DNA of 63,518 nucleotides from Macrostomum lignano (Eukaryota): NCBI GenBank assembly GCA_002269645.1, contig NIVC01002911.1, positions 66,882 to 130,399 of the forward strand, read 5' to 3'. Shown piece by piece: positions 23,605 to 39,775 of this stretch (position 1 is its first letter; each line of letters starts with the position of its first letter). The notes under the pieces were generated by a model. It saw only the letters and a program-made list of their open reading frames with translations, ran no database searches and was not told where the DNA came from. The position numbers and the translations under genes were made by a program.

Positions 23605-24500
23605 GGGAAGAGGAGAGGAGAAGGAGAAGTGGGGAGGGAAGAGGAGAGAAGGGGGGAGAGGTGGGGGAGGGAAGAGGAGGGAAGGGGGAGAGGTGGGGAG
23701 GGAAGAGGAGAGAAGGGGGAGAGCTGGGTGATGGGAGAGGAGAGAAGGGGGAGAGGTGGGGAGGGAAGTGGAGAGAAGGGGGAGAGGTGGGGATGGTGAA
23801 GAGGAGAGAAGGGGGAGAGGTGGGGGAGGGAAAAGGAGAGAAGGGGGAGAGCTGGGTGATGGGAGAGGAGAGAAGGGGGTAGAGGTGGGGGAGGGAAGTG
23901 GAGAGAAGGGGGGAGAAGTGGGGAGGGAAGAGGAGAGAAGGGGGAGAGCTGGGTGATGGGAGAGGAGAGAACGGGGGAGAGGTGGGGGAGGGAAGAGGAG
24001 AGAAGGGGGAGAGCTGGGTGATGGGAGAGGAGAGAAGGGGGAGAGGTGGGGGAGGGAAGAGGAGGGAAGGGGGGAGAGGTGGGGAGGGAAGAGGAGAGAA
24101 GGGGGAGAGGTGGGGGAGGGAAGTGGAGAGAAGGGGGAGAGGTGGGGGAGGGAAGAGGAGAGAAGGGGGGAGAAGTGGGGAGGGAAGAGGAGAGAAGGGT
24201 GGAGAGGTGGGGGATGGAAGAGGAGAGAAGGGGGGAGAGGGGGGGGAGGGAAGAGGAGAGAAGGGTGGAGAGGTGGGGGATGGAAGAGGAGAGAAGGGGG
24301 AGAAGTGGGGACGGAAGAGGAGAGAAGGGGGGAGAGGTGGGGAGGGAAGATGAGGGAAGGGGAGAAGTGGGGAGGGAAGAGGAGAGAAGGGGGGAGAGGT
24401 GGGGGAGGGAAGATGAGGGAAGGGGGAGAAGTGGGGAGGGAAGAGGAGAGAAGGGGGGAGAAGTGGGGAGGGAAGAGGAGAGAAGGGGGGAGAGGAGAAG
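23605..24500. repeat. Purine-rich G-run minisatellite (about 30-33 bp; GGGGAGGGAAGAGGAGAGAAGGGGGAGAGGTG)
   Basis: Direct reading; almost entirely purine on the + strand. Confidence 0.9.
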
Positions 24501-24699
24501 GCCGGAGCAGCGTCTGGCTCTTGCGCCACGACCCCTGCGCCGCGGCCGCATTCATTTCGGCTTGAGCTTGTCAGCTCATGTCATCACTAAATAGGCTGTT
24601 AGCAAAATGAAAGATCTGAAGATTTTCTCACTGCACGGAACGACAATGGCGTCGCAAGCAGTACTCGAACCTGCGCGGGGGGAATACTATTAGACTTCC

Positions 24700-24880
24700 A
24701 GAGTGAAGAGAAGAGAAGTGAGGAGAGGAGAGAAGTTAAAAGAGAGAAGAGGGGCGAGAGGAGAGAAGAGAGGAGAGAGAAGAGAAAAGAAGAGAAGAGA
24801 AGAGAAGAGAAGAGAGAAGCGAAGAGAGAGAGAGAGAGAGAGAAAGAAAGAGAGAGAGAAAAGAGAAGAGAGGAGAGTTA
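24700..24880. repeat. Degenerate (GAGAA/GAGAG)n purine tract
   Basis: Direct reading. Confidence 0.85.
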
Positions 24881-25374
24881 TTCTCTTTGTTTCGTTTCTT
24901 CAGTTTCCTTAGTCTCTCGCTCTCTTTTCAACTCAGACTCTACTCTTGTCTACTTCTCCCCTATCTTCCGGCTCTTCTCTCCCCCTCTCTCATACCCTTC
25001 GTCTCCACACTCAGCCTCTCTGGCATAAAAAATTCGTCTTCAAGAGTCGGGTACGAGCTACAATGAAAGAAAGTACAATTAAGTTTTTGATTTTAGCGCA
25101 GCCAATCAATGCGCAAGTGACACTTACCAGGCCGGAACTCCTTAAAGAAAGTGAAAAGAAAAAAACAACCATCCAATTCATTATTGCAGAGTAATGCAGT
25201 CTGCTTTCAAAAACTTTTACTGGTTGGTTAACACGTGCTTGCCAGGAATTTTGCCGTGCAGTAAATTGGAGGGGCTAGAAAAACCCGCGTGCCTCGCTGG
25301 CTTGAATGTTACAGTAAAATCTGTGAAGTACGAGTGTACAGAAGAGAGAGCGGAGCGGGGATGAAGAAAAAAGA

Positions 25375-26185
25375 AGAGAGAGAGGGGAGGGGAGAGGAGA
25401 TGAGAGGAAAGGCGAGGAGAGGAGAGGAGAGGAGAGGAGAGGAGAGGAGAGGAGAGGAGAGGAGGAGAGGAGAGAGAGGAGAGAAGAGAGAGGAGAGGAG
25501 AGGAGAGGAGAGGAGAGGAGAGGAGAGGAGAGAGGAGAGGAGAGGAGAGGAGAGGAGAGGAGAGGAGAGAGAGGAGAGGAGAGGAGAGAGAGAGGAGAGG
25601 AGAGGAGAGGAGAGGAGAGGAGAGGAGAGGAGAGGAGAGGAGAGGAGAGGAGAGGAGAGGAGAGGAGAGGAGAGGAGAGGAGAGGAGAGGAGAGGAGAGA
25701 GAGGAGAGGAGAGGAGAGGAGAGGAGAGGAGAGGAGAGGAGAGGAGAGGAGAGGAGAGGAGAGGAGAGGAGAGAAGAGGAGAGGAGAGGAGAGGAGAGGA
25801 TATGAGAGGAGAGGAGAGGAGAGGAGAGGAGAGGAGAGGAGATGAGAGGAGAGGAGAGGAGAGGAGAGGAGAGGAGAGGAGAGGAGAGGAGATGAGAGGA
25901 GAGGAGAGGAGAGGAGAGGAGAGGAGAGGATATGAGAGGAGAGGAGAGGAGAGGAGAGGAGAGGAGAGGAGAGGAGATGAGAGGAGAGGAGAGAGAGAAG
26001 AGGAGAGGAGAGGAGAGGAGAGGAGAGGAGATGAGAGGAGAGGAGAGGAGAGGAGAGGAGAGGATATGAGAGGAGAGGAGAGGAGAGGAGAGGAGAGGAG
26101 AGGAGAGGAGAGGAGAGGAGATGAGAGGAGAGGAGATGAGAGGAGAGGAGAGGAGAGGAGAGGAGAGGAGAGGAGAGGAGAGAAG
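25375..26185. repeat. (GAGGA)n microsatellite
   Basis: Direct reading; reverse complement of the (CTCCT)n motif at 1783. Confidence 0.95.
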
Positions 26186-26805
26186 AAGACTTCAAACGGC
26201 AATTCGCACAAAGAAATTCAGCTGAATAGCACAGCAAAATTCAAAAAGGACGCACGGTGCCCAGCTGGGGTCGCTGAAGTGGCTCAGCCGGAGTCGGGCA
26301 GCTCATCCCACTCCCGGGGGAGCCGGCTCGCAGTCGCGATCTCCCAGCTGTTCTCCAGGAGAGAGGGGAGCCTTCTCAAATAGAAAACTGAATTTGGTAA
26401 AATCTAGGTGGAGGCACGCGGACTCCCCAGCCTCTCATCTCTGATCCACCTCGACAATAAAAATCAGACAGGAAGCCGGCGGCGGGCCCTATTAGGCGGC
26501 CTCAAAGCCGGGCCTCCTCCTTAATCCCGCGACTGCGGCTCGCCCGGATGCTGCCAATGCGAAATGTATATTGTATAAGAAGGAGGAAGGCGGCCAGCGC
26601 GGCCATTTATCAAATTTCTGCTCCGGATCGCCCCCCCCCCAACCCATCGAGTTCTCCTGCCCGTCTGCTGCAGAGCTGGCCGGCTGCCGCTTCCCTCACC
26701 ATCTCAGCGGTCATTTTCTATGCAATTTTATTGGGGCATCAAGTTGATAGCCACTGGGACTGGCTCGGAATGGCCCTCATTACTGGCCTTCGGTAATTGG
26801 GTCTG

Positions 26806-27393
<588 letters not shown>

Positions 27394-27434
27394 ATGTCAC
27401 CAGGACACAGATTGATCAGCTCAGGCCCCAGCTG

Positions 27435-28286
27435 TCACACAAAGGTAGTCTGTCCTGAATTCATTCTCCCTGCCGCTGCCGTCAGTCTCGTCGGCCCAAG
27501 CAGAGCCGGTGGCGGCAGCAGCGGAAGGCGGTTGTCCTCCAGCACCGCACGCTCCAGACTGGCTGGTCGGTGGCGGCGTTGTCGGTTGGCGCATGCCGAC
27601 GAAGGGGGCGGCGGTGGCAACGGCAGAGGCGGCTGACGCGACTTGGAGGACGAACCCGTGGCGCCGTCGGTGGCTGCAGATGGCGCGGAGAGTTTGGCGC
27701 AGAAGCCGCGCAATATTTTCGCGCCAATGCCCAAACGCGGCGTCGGTCCCGAGTTCGAGACCGATGGTTGACGATGTCGGAGGCTGCCGCCGCCGATGGG
27801 GCTTTCACCGTCGCAGCCGTGGAAGGTGACGGAGCGTCGTGGAGGCGGCGGCTGCGGCTGCGGCTGCGGCTGCGGCTGCGGTGGCTTCAGGGGTGGCTTC
27901 GGCATCGGAGTCGGTCGCAACCTCAGCGGCAGAGTCGGCGTTGCCATCGCGTCGCCAAAAAAGTCGACCGAGCGGCTGCGTCGAGGTCGATGCCGCCCCG
28001 GCGAGTAGTTGCCGCCCGACGGCGGCGGCGCAGGGAGACCCCTGAATGATTCAAAGGTTCAAGTGCTTTGAAGGATACTCCAGTTGTACATATGCACTAA
28101 TCAAATGGGGCAGAGGGGCAGAGGGGCAGAGGGAGCAGAGCAAGCAACAAGTACATTTTGTTCTGTCTTAACCATACGTTTCTTCGCTATCCACATAAAA
28201 TATTAATCACAGTACTGTCATACCAACCTTTGTTGCAGCTCTGGTTGTTGCTGTTGTTTTGGTTGTTGTTTTTGTTGTTGTTGTTG

Positions 28287-28317
<31 letters not shown>

Positions 28318-28550
28318 TGTTGTTGTTGCTGTTGCGGAAGCGTTTGCTGACGCCTCTTCCTCAGCTTCTGCCGCCTCCACTCCAAGCAGAGTCTGACCAC
28401 CCCGACTGGCTGCTCCAATGCGCTGACCCGCCATCGAAGCTGCTGCTGTGGCCGTCTGGCTGACATGGTGAGCAGCAGGCGGATGACCGGCCTGGGCAGA
28501 CCCAGGCGTCCAGGAGGCACTGAGCCGAGCTTCTTCTGAGCAGCAGCCAT
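27435..28550 (-). CDS. Putative two-exon Gln/Pro-rich disordered orphan protein, about 309 aa (join complement 28228-28550, 27435-28041)
   Basis: Minus-strand donor AAAG/GTTGGT at 28227 and acceptor TTCAG at 28042 give a 186-nt intron with matching phase 2. This fuses ORFs 28218..28550 and 27435..27947 into 930 nt with no stop. Two CCAAT boxes lie upstream. No recognisable domain. Confidence 0.45.
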
Positions 28551-28634
28551 TCTTCAGCCGGACAAGCGACCGGATTAAAGAGGGCCGGTTGCCTTCTTTA
28601 AACTGAGAAATTTCCCCTGAAACCACTGCCTGGC

Positions 28635-28654
28635 ATTGGCCAGAAGCTGATTGG
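28635..28654 (-). promoter_or_regulatory. Two CCAAT boxes upstream of the putative orphan gene
   Basis: ATTGG on + at 28635-28639 and 28650-28654, 85-105 nt upstream of the ATG at 28550. Confidence 0.3.
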
Positions 28655-28689
28655 CTCTGTTTGGCTAATACCCAAACTCTGGACATTAA

Positions 28690-29365
28690 CTCGGACACTT
28701 TTAACTCCTAGCACTAAAAACTCGGACACTTTTAACTCCTGGCACAAAAAACTCGGACACTTTTAACTCCTGGCACTAAAAACTCGGACACTTTCAACTC
28801 CTTGTACTAAAAACTCGGACACTTTCAACTCCTGGCACTAAAAGCTCGGACACTTTCAACTCCTGGCACTAAAAGCTCGGACACTTTCAACTCCTGGCAC
28901 TAAAAGCTCGGACACTTTCAACTCCTGGTACTAAAAACTCGGACACTTTCAACTCCTAGCACTAAAAACTCGGACACTTTTAACTGCTGGCACTAAAAAC
29001 TCGGACACTTTCAACTCCTGGCACTAAAAACTCGGACACTTTCAACTCCTGGCACTAAAAACTCGGACACTTTCAACTCCTGGCACTAAAAACTCGGACA
29101 CTTTTAACTCCTGGCACTAAAAACTCGGACACTTTCAACTCCTAGCACTAAAAACTCGGACACTTTCAACTCCTGGCACTAAAACTCGGAAATGAAAAAT
29201 CGGACAATCAAAAATCGGACACTGATAACTTGAACACTGATATCTCGGACAATTAAAAATCGGACACTGATAACTCGGACACTGATAACTTGGACACTAA
29301 TATCTCGGACAATAGAAAATCGGACACTGAAAACTCGGAAATGAAAAATCGGACTCAGAGCTATG
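28690..29365. repeat. 31-bp minisatellite AACTCGGACACTTTYAACTCCTGGCACTAAA, degenerating after about 29190
   Basis: Period 31. Confidence 0.92.
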
Positions 29366-29691
29366 GCACTGATAATCCCACCAACTGACAGCTTGGAGCA
29401 GATAGCTAGTCTAACTAACAATCGTTAATCTCCTTTACGATAAATGTGACTCATCTCACATTCCCAAGTTTTTTAAAGGTTTAGCTAATGTGCTCTCTTG
29501 GTTACTATAAGTAGTAATATCTGCTTACATAAAATTCTAGTCAAATATCTCGAGTTCAGAAATTCCACTGCATAAAATAAATCGCTTTTTCAGCAATTGA
29601 TCGAAGCGCAGAATTTTTACAGATGAAACTACTGAACAAAATCATGCGGTACTGGACTTACGGGAGCAATGTGTTTATGACATGCAGTTCA

Positions 29692-33826
<4,135 letters not shown>

Positions 33827-33829
33827 AAA

Positions 33830-34189
33830 GGGGGACCGTAGCCCAGCGGTAGCGCAGCTGCTCTGGTGTGCCAGCGACCCAGGCTCGATTCCAAGTGCAG
33901 TCACATTAATTTGGGGCTGAATTGGAATCTCGGCTTGGCTCTGCTCGTGCAATTAACGGCCTTGAGAGCCAACCCCCCAAGGCGCAGTGAAGTGTACATG
34001 CCTAACAATTGATAAAGTTAGGGCCGCTGTACACTCCTGTGTGAGTGTGTGCCTGCGTACGTATCCGCGCGCTTGTGTGCCTGCTCAGGGGAGTCGGCGG
34101 AATGGGCAGCAATGCCTCTCGCCGGTTGTGTGCCCATGTCGCTTAAAGTGCGCCAGGGTGCACACAACCCCCCTGCCTCTAATAAAAAA

Positions 34190-34216
<27 letters not shown>
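33830..34216 (+). mobile_element. tRNA-derived SINE with AATAAAAAAA(TCTA)n tail, embedded in TATC microsatellite
   Basis: A box TAGCCCAGCGG (33839-33849), B box GGCTCGATTCC (33882-33892), tail 34181-34216; unrelated in sequence to the SINE at 9357. Confidence 0.65.
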
Positions 34217-34220
<4 letters not shown>

Positions 34221-34313
34221 AAAAGTTCCCTTTGATTCGGCAAGGTCGCTCCGCCAACCCCGGCTATTCTCGGCCACTCCGCAGTCCAGCCTGCATTGGC
34301 CGGTGAGGCTGGG

Positions 34314-34321
34314 TATAAATA
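34314..34321 (+). promoter_or_regulatory. TATA box of the Cys-rich peptide gene
   Basis: TATAAATA with ATTGG at 34295-34299 upstream; a perfect donor AAG/GTGAGT at 34435 defines a non-coding first exon. Confidence 0.65.
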
Positions 34322-34511
34322 TGATGCAGCTTGGCTGAGAAAGCCACCCGCTCGACTCCAAAAGCATCTCCCAGCTGCAGCGAATTCTGCATTCCTTTAA
34401 GCAACTCCTTATTGAGCAATTAATCGAGACCAAGGTGAGTGCCTGTTTTACTGCTCCAATTCAAGTGATATAGTACAACTGCAGCTGCATCAGCTCCCCA
34501 CCGCATCAAGG

Positions 34512-34829
34512 ATGTTCTCCATCGTCAGCCGCCGCAGCAGCAGGCCATCCTGCGCCGTCAGCATCGCCTGCGCCGCCGCTTTCGTCCTGCTACTGACGCT
34601 GGTCGCCTGCGGGCAGCCCGCCGACTCCGCCTCGGTGAACAGGGCCGAGAACCCCTACATGGCGGCCATGTTCGCCAAGGCCCGCCCGAACTGCAGCTTC
34701 AACCAGTTCATGGACTCCATGGCCGTCCGCTGCAGGCGGCACAGCGACTGCTGCCAGCCGAACATCTGCATCATGAAGCGGGGCGCCAAGACCGGCCACT
34801 GCTGCTGCTCCTTCCCCGGCGAGAAATGA
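34512..34829 (+). CDS. Small secreted cysteine-rich (knottin-like) peptide precursor, 105 aa
   Basis: Hydrophobic signal segment (AVSIACAAAFVLLLTLVACG), short pro-like region, 8-Cys domain C-x12-C-x5-CC-x4-C-x10-CCC, GC3-rich codons like the other genes, upstream TATA box and 5'UTR intron. Confidence 0.8.
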   Translation: MFSIVSRRSSRPSCAVSIACAAAFVLLLTLVACGQPADSASVNRAENPYMAAMFAKARPNCSFNQFMDSMAVRCRRHSDCCQPNICIMKRGAKTGHCCCSFPGEK

Positions 34830-35109
34830 GCTGAGCTGCTCTCGGCAGCGACGAGGACCAAGGAGTTGAGGACTCAATGAGATTGAAATTTTGAAAACAA
34901 ATACACATACAAAGTTTAGCCGATGGAGGCTGACTGACTTTCATCATCTTTTAGCAATCTGGCAAGCTCCTGCTCTTTGATGAATGACCACCCCTTGCTT
35001 TGCTGGCAGTGCTGGCTGCATGGGCGACATCAGGGGTGCATTGGTACATAGCTCTGGCAGTATGATACCAAAAAGACATCAACAACACTTTTGCACCACT
35101 GTCATTAGT

Positions 35110-36428
35110 GACACCACACACACCACAGACACCACAGACATCACAGACTCCACAGACACCACAGACATCACAGACACCACAGACACCACAGACACCACAG
35201 ACACCAAAGACTCCACAGACTCCACAGACACCACAGACACCACAGACACCACAGACTCCACAGACTCCACAGACACCACAGACACCAAAGACACCACAGA
35301 CTCCACAGACTCCACAGACACCACAGACTCCACAGACTCCACAGACTCCACAGACACCACAGACACCACAGACACCACAGACTCCACAGACACCACAGAC
35401 ACCGAATACACTGAAGACATCACAGACTCCACAGACTCCACAGACACCACAGACTCCACAGACTCCACAGACTCCACAGACTCCACAGACACCACAGACA
35501 CCACAGACACCACAGACACCGAATACACTGAAGACATCACAGACTCCACAGACACCACAGACTCCACAGACTCCACAGACACCACAGACACCACAGACTC
35601 CACAGACTCCACAGACACCACAGACACCACAGACACCACAGACACCGAATACACTGAAGACATCACAGACTCCACAGACACCACAGACTCCACAGACTCC
35701 ACAGACACCACAGACATCACAGACTCCACAGACTCCACAGACACCAAAGACTCCACAGACACCACAGACACCACAGACACCACAGACACCACAGACACCA
35801 CAGACACCAAAGACTCCACAGACTCCACAGACACCACAGACTCCACAGACTCCACAGACACCACAGACACCACAGACACCACAGACACCACAGACACCAC
35901 AGACACCACAGACTCCACAGACTCCACAGACACCAAAGACTCCACAGACACCACAGACTCCACAGACTCCACAGACTCCACAGACACCACAGACACCACA
36001 GACACCACAGACACCACAGACACCACAGACACCACAGACACCACAGACACCACAGACACCACAGACACCACAGACACCACAGACACCACAGACTCCACAG
36101 ACTCCACAGACACCAAAGACTCCACAGACACCACAGACACCAAAGACTCCACAGACACCACAGACACCGAATACACTGAAGACATCACAGACTCCACAGA
36201 CACCACAGACACCACAGACACCAAAGACTCCACAGACACCACAGACACCAAAGACTCCACAGACACCACAGACACCACAGACACCAAAGACTCCACAGAC
36301 ACCACAGACACCACAGACACCACAGACACCACAGACACCACAGACACCAAAGACTCCACAGACACCACAGACACCACAGACACCACAGACACCACAGACA
36401 CCGAATACACTGAAGACATCACAGACAC
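35110..36428. repeat. 9-bp minisatellite ACACCACAG/ACTCCACAG with periodic GAATACACTGAAGACATC variants
   Basis: Direct reading; source of ORFs 34984..36528, 35079..36521 and 35108..36448. Confidence 0.95.
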
Positions 36429-37039
36429 CCCATCTGCATTCAAACTAGCGCCAAGTTCTAAGGCATTGGGATTGGGCACGCTTGAAGTGGCTCCCAAGGC
36501 TATATTTAAACACGATGACATTCGTTAGGGGTCGATCGAAGCCCCAAAGCAGGCAAAGGCGGCAGGAAGGTTTGCTCGTGGCCCAGTAACTCGCGAACTT
36601 CCTGCTTCAGTGCAAGCAGTGCAGGCTTGATTGAATCAGCGGCAGTCTTCCAGCGAAAATCGCAAGACCATCGCTCCCCCGCCCTAGCAACCGGCCTCGA
36701 CTCACCTCGCTCAGGCCGTTCATCGGGCGGATCCACTCGAACCGGTTCTAAATTTAGGCTGGTGGGGACTTGTTATTCTTCTTTGCTCCCCTCGGCTTCC
36801 GCTCCCGCCTACACGCAAGCACGACCCTCACTGACCAAGAATAATAGCTTAGTAGGTTTGGCCAAGCACCTTCCTTTCATGGCAATCTGAAGTATAACGG
36901 ACTTCCAGGTGCGAGGCCGATCAATTGCGAGACATCAATTGCGGATGGCGAGACAATTGGGAATTGGGGGGGGGGGGCTTTATCACCAGGTTTCTCAGTC
37001 CTCAAAATCCTTTTGCCGGTCTCAATAGCAGCCCTTTCT

Positions 37040-37548
37040 GTCCCTTCTGGCCGTCTGTTGATCCCTGTCTGTCCCTTCTGGCCTGTCTGTTGATCCTTGT
37101 CTGTCCCTTCTGGCCTATCTGTTGATCCCTGTCTGTCCCTTCTGGCCTGTCTGTTGATCCCTGTCTGTCCCTTCTGGCCTATCTGTTGATCCCTGTCTGT
37201 CCCTTCTGGCCTGTCTGTTGATCCTTGTCTGTCCCTTCTGGCCTGTCTGTTGATCCTTGTCTGTCCCTTCTGGCCTGTCTGTTGATCCTTGTCTGTCCCT
37301 TCTGGACTGTCTGTTGATCCCTGTCTGTCCCTTCTGGCCTGTCTGTTGATCCTTGTCTGTCCCTTCTGGCCTGTCTGTTGATCCTTGTCTGTCCCTTCTG
37401 GCCTGTCTGTTGATCCTTGTCTGTCCCTTCTGGACTGTCTGTTGATCCCTGTCTGTCCCTTCTGGCCTGTCTGTTGATCCCTGTCTGTCCCTTCTGGCCT
37501 GTCTGTTGATCCCTGTGTCCCTTCTGGCCTGTCTGTTGATCCCTGTCA
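37040..37548. repeat. 32-bp minisatellite CCCTTCTGGCCTGTCTGTTGATCCYTGTCTGT
   Basis: Period 32, about 16 units. Confidence 0.95.
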
Positions 37549-38174
37549 GGTGAGTCGTGCTCTCAAGAAGAGATCTCAGTTCTCAGCTAAAGTCGTGATG
37601 AGGCTAAAACTCGGAGTTCCATACTCTGTCGCGGACTTCTGTACTTGTCCTCTGCGGCGACGCATGCCCGAGCTTTCTGTCCGGGATGTGCCCCGCCCAC
37701 GCTGCGCAGAGCTATAAGTCCATCCCTGTCTTATCGCCCCGGGCGATTCTTCCAATATTCGAAATTGCTTTCACTTCTTCGGAATTTGCAACTTTCTTGC
37801 CGACGATGCCGCAGGACCTCAGCTGGCCTTTGCTTGCCCCCCTCCATAAACTCTGTTGGACTCCCTCTCTCCATGTCCATCTAATTAACTTCGTCACTTC
37901 AAAGTCAAATTTTAATCCTTGGGGAAAGTTAAATCGCGATTTAATCAAATATACGTCAACTTCGAAGCCTTAACTTGTCGTTTCGAGGAAAGACTCAAAC
38001 ACAAAAAAATTGATTAATTAAAAATTAATAGAATTAATAGAAGCTATCAAGAGGTGGTTACCCGGCTGTTGACTTTCTCTCATTAACGAAAAAGAAGGAA
38101 GCCAGATGCAAAGCTTCGAGCATTATTAAGCGCTAAATTGGAAAAATGTCACGCACCATGAGCTAATGTTTTTA

Positions 38175-38635
38175 TTCGCTAACAGTGTCCGGGGCGTCGG
38201 CATCAGCCGGCAGGCAGTCGACGAAACGCCGAGTGGGCGCCTCTCCTCGCCGGTAGGGTGCCTGCAGCGTCAGCAGCAGCTCCTCCTGCACCGGCTACGG
38301 GCAGTAGGACTCGGCTGGAGTCGCTGACAGCACAACAGTTCGCTGCGACAGGACAGGCCGGTGCGGCGATAGAGTGCCGCATTGGTGACTCGCTCGTAGC
38401 CGATCTTGAAGTTGGCGCGCGAAGGTCGAGCGATTCCATCAGCGTTTAGATCTCGGCGTTGTACAGCAGGACGGTCTCGGTCACCGCCTGGAACAGCGCG
38501 GCCCTCTGGCGGTCAGGCAGGGCCTCAGACTGCAGGACAGCCCCCCTCACGTAACGGAAGTCAGCCCAGGCAAGTCCTCGGCGACGTCGCAGGTCGTCGC
38601 GAACGTCAGGCACCAGACCGCCGAGTTAGACAAAC
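38175..38635 (-). mobile_element. Degenerate 5'-truncated RTE-clade non-LTR retrotransposon (RT thumb/C-terminal region)
   Basis: The minus strand reads FV*LGGLVPDVRDDLRRRRGLAWADF...LFQAVTETVLLYNAEI*TL...VTNAALYRRTGL...ESYCP*PVQEELLLTLQAPYRRG. This fits the RTE pattern F.YLG..R..AW..F..LLYGAETWTL, with stops and frameshifts. Confidence 0.8.
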
Positions 38636-39189
38636 TGCATGGACAACACTCGCTCGAGAAATATTCGTCAAGAAAAAGAGGGTCCACAAGGTGAGTTATT
38701 GTCCATTTACATGTAGTGTTCGGCGGTGGAGTCCTCTTGCTTTTGTTGTCCAGGCTATTTTAGTCATTCATCAAAGCAGAGCCAGGAGCCCGTCAAACTT
38801 ACGCACCAAAGACTCCATTTTACGCAGCAGGAAGTGCGGCTTATCAATATCCGTAATCAGAGTCCCCCTCACCTGGCCTGTCAAGGTGAAAGCTGGCACA
38901 TGATAAAACTTTGATGACTGAATCCCAAGTCGAGTGGTTTTAAGATCCTATTTTTAGCGTCAGAGCTCGGCTCAGATTTCCGGCAGAGAGGACACCCGAG
39001 GCACCTGGCTCTGGACTCTACCTACATGCCAAAAAATTATTCAGGTTTCTCATTTAATGCGTCTTGAAAGTAAAGTTGCCTAAAAATTCTTTAAATTCTT
39101 TACTGTGCTACTTTGAGTAGCAATAGGTGCTTCCACAAAAAAGGAAATAGCAGGGTGACCTGGAGAATGAGCGTAATGTACTTGCACTC

Positions 39190-39775
39190 ATTGACTGGCT
39201 ATAGACTAAACTCCTATTCTATGCAATTGGTACTGGCCATAGACTAAACCCATGCAGATTCTATGCAATTGGTACTGGCCATAGACTAAACCCGTGTAGA
39301 TTCTATACAATTGGTACTGGCTATAGACTAAACCCATGCAGATTCTATGCCATTGGTACTGGCCATAGACTAAACCCATGCAGATTCTATGCAATTGGTA
39401 CTGGCCATAGACTAAACCCATGTAGATTCTATGCAATTGGTACTGGCCATAGACTAAACCCATGTAGATTATATGCCATTGGTACTGGCTATATACTAAA
39501 CCCATGCAGATTCTATGCCATTGGTACTGGCCATAGACTAAACCCATGCAGATTCTATGCAATTGGTACTGGCCATAGACTAAACCCATGTAGATTCTAT
39601 GCAATTGGTACTGGCCATAGACTAAACCCATGTAGATTATATGCCATTGGTACTGGCTATATACTAAACCCATGCAGATCCTATGCAATTGGTGCTGGCC
39701 ATAGACTAAACCCGTTCAGATTCTATACAATTGGTACTGGCCATAGACTCAACCCGTGCAAATTCTATGCAACTG
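39190..39775. repeat. 42-bp minisatellite CTGGCCATAGACTAAACCCATGCAGATTCTATGCAATTGGTA
   Basis: Period 42. Confidence 0.95.

Noticed and set aside
34984-36528. 514-aa Thr/Asp/Ser-rich ORF
   Set aside because: A 9-bp unit keeps several frames open on both strands; there is no signal peptide or domain and the flanks are not protein-like. Treated as a repeat.
37712-37948. Possible LINE endonuclease remnant next to the RTE fragment
   Set aside because: Only a vague resemblance, no diagnostic APE motif, and it lies downstream of the RT fragment, the wrong side.
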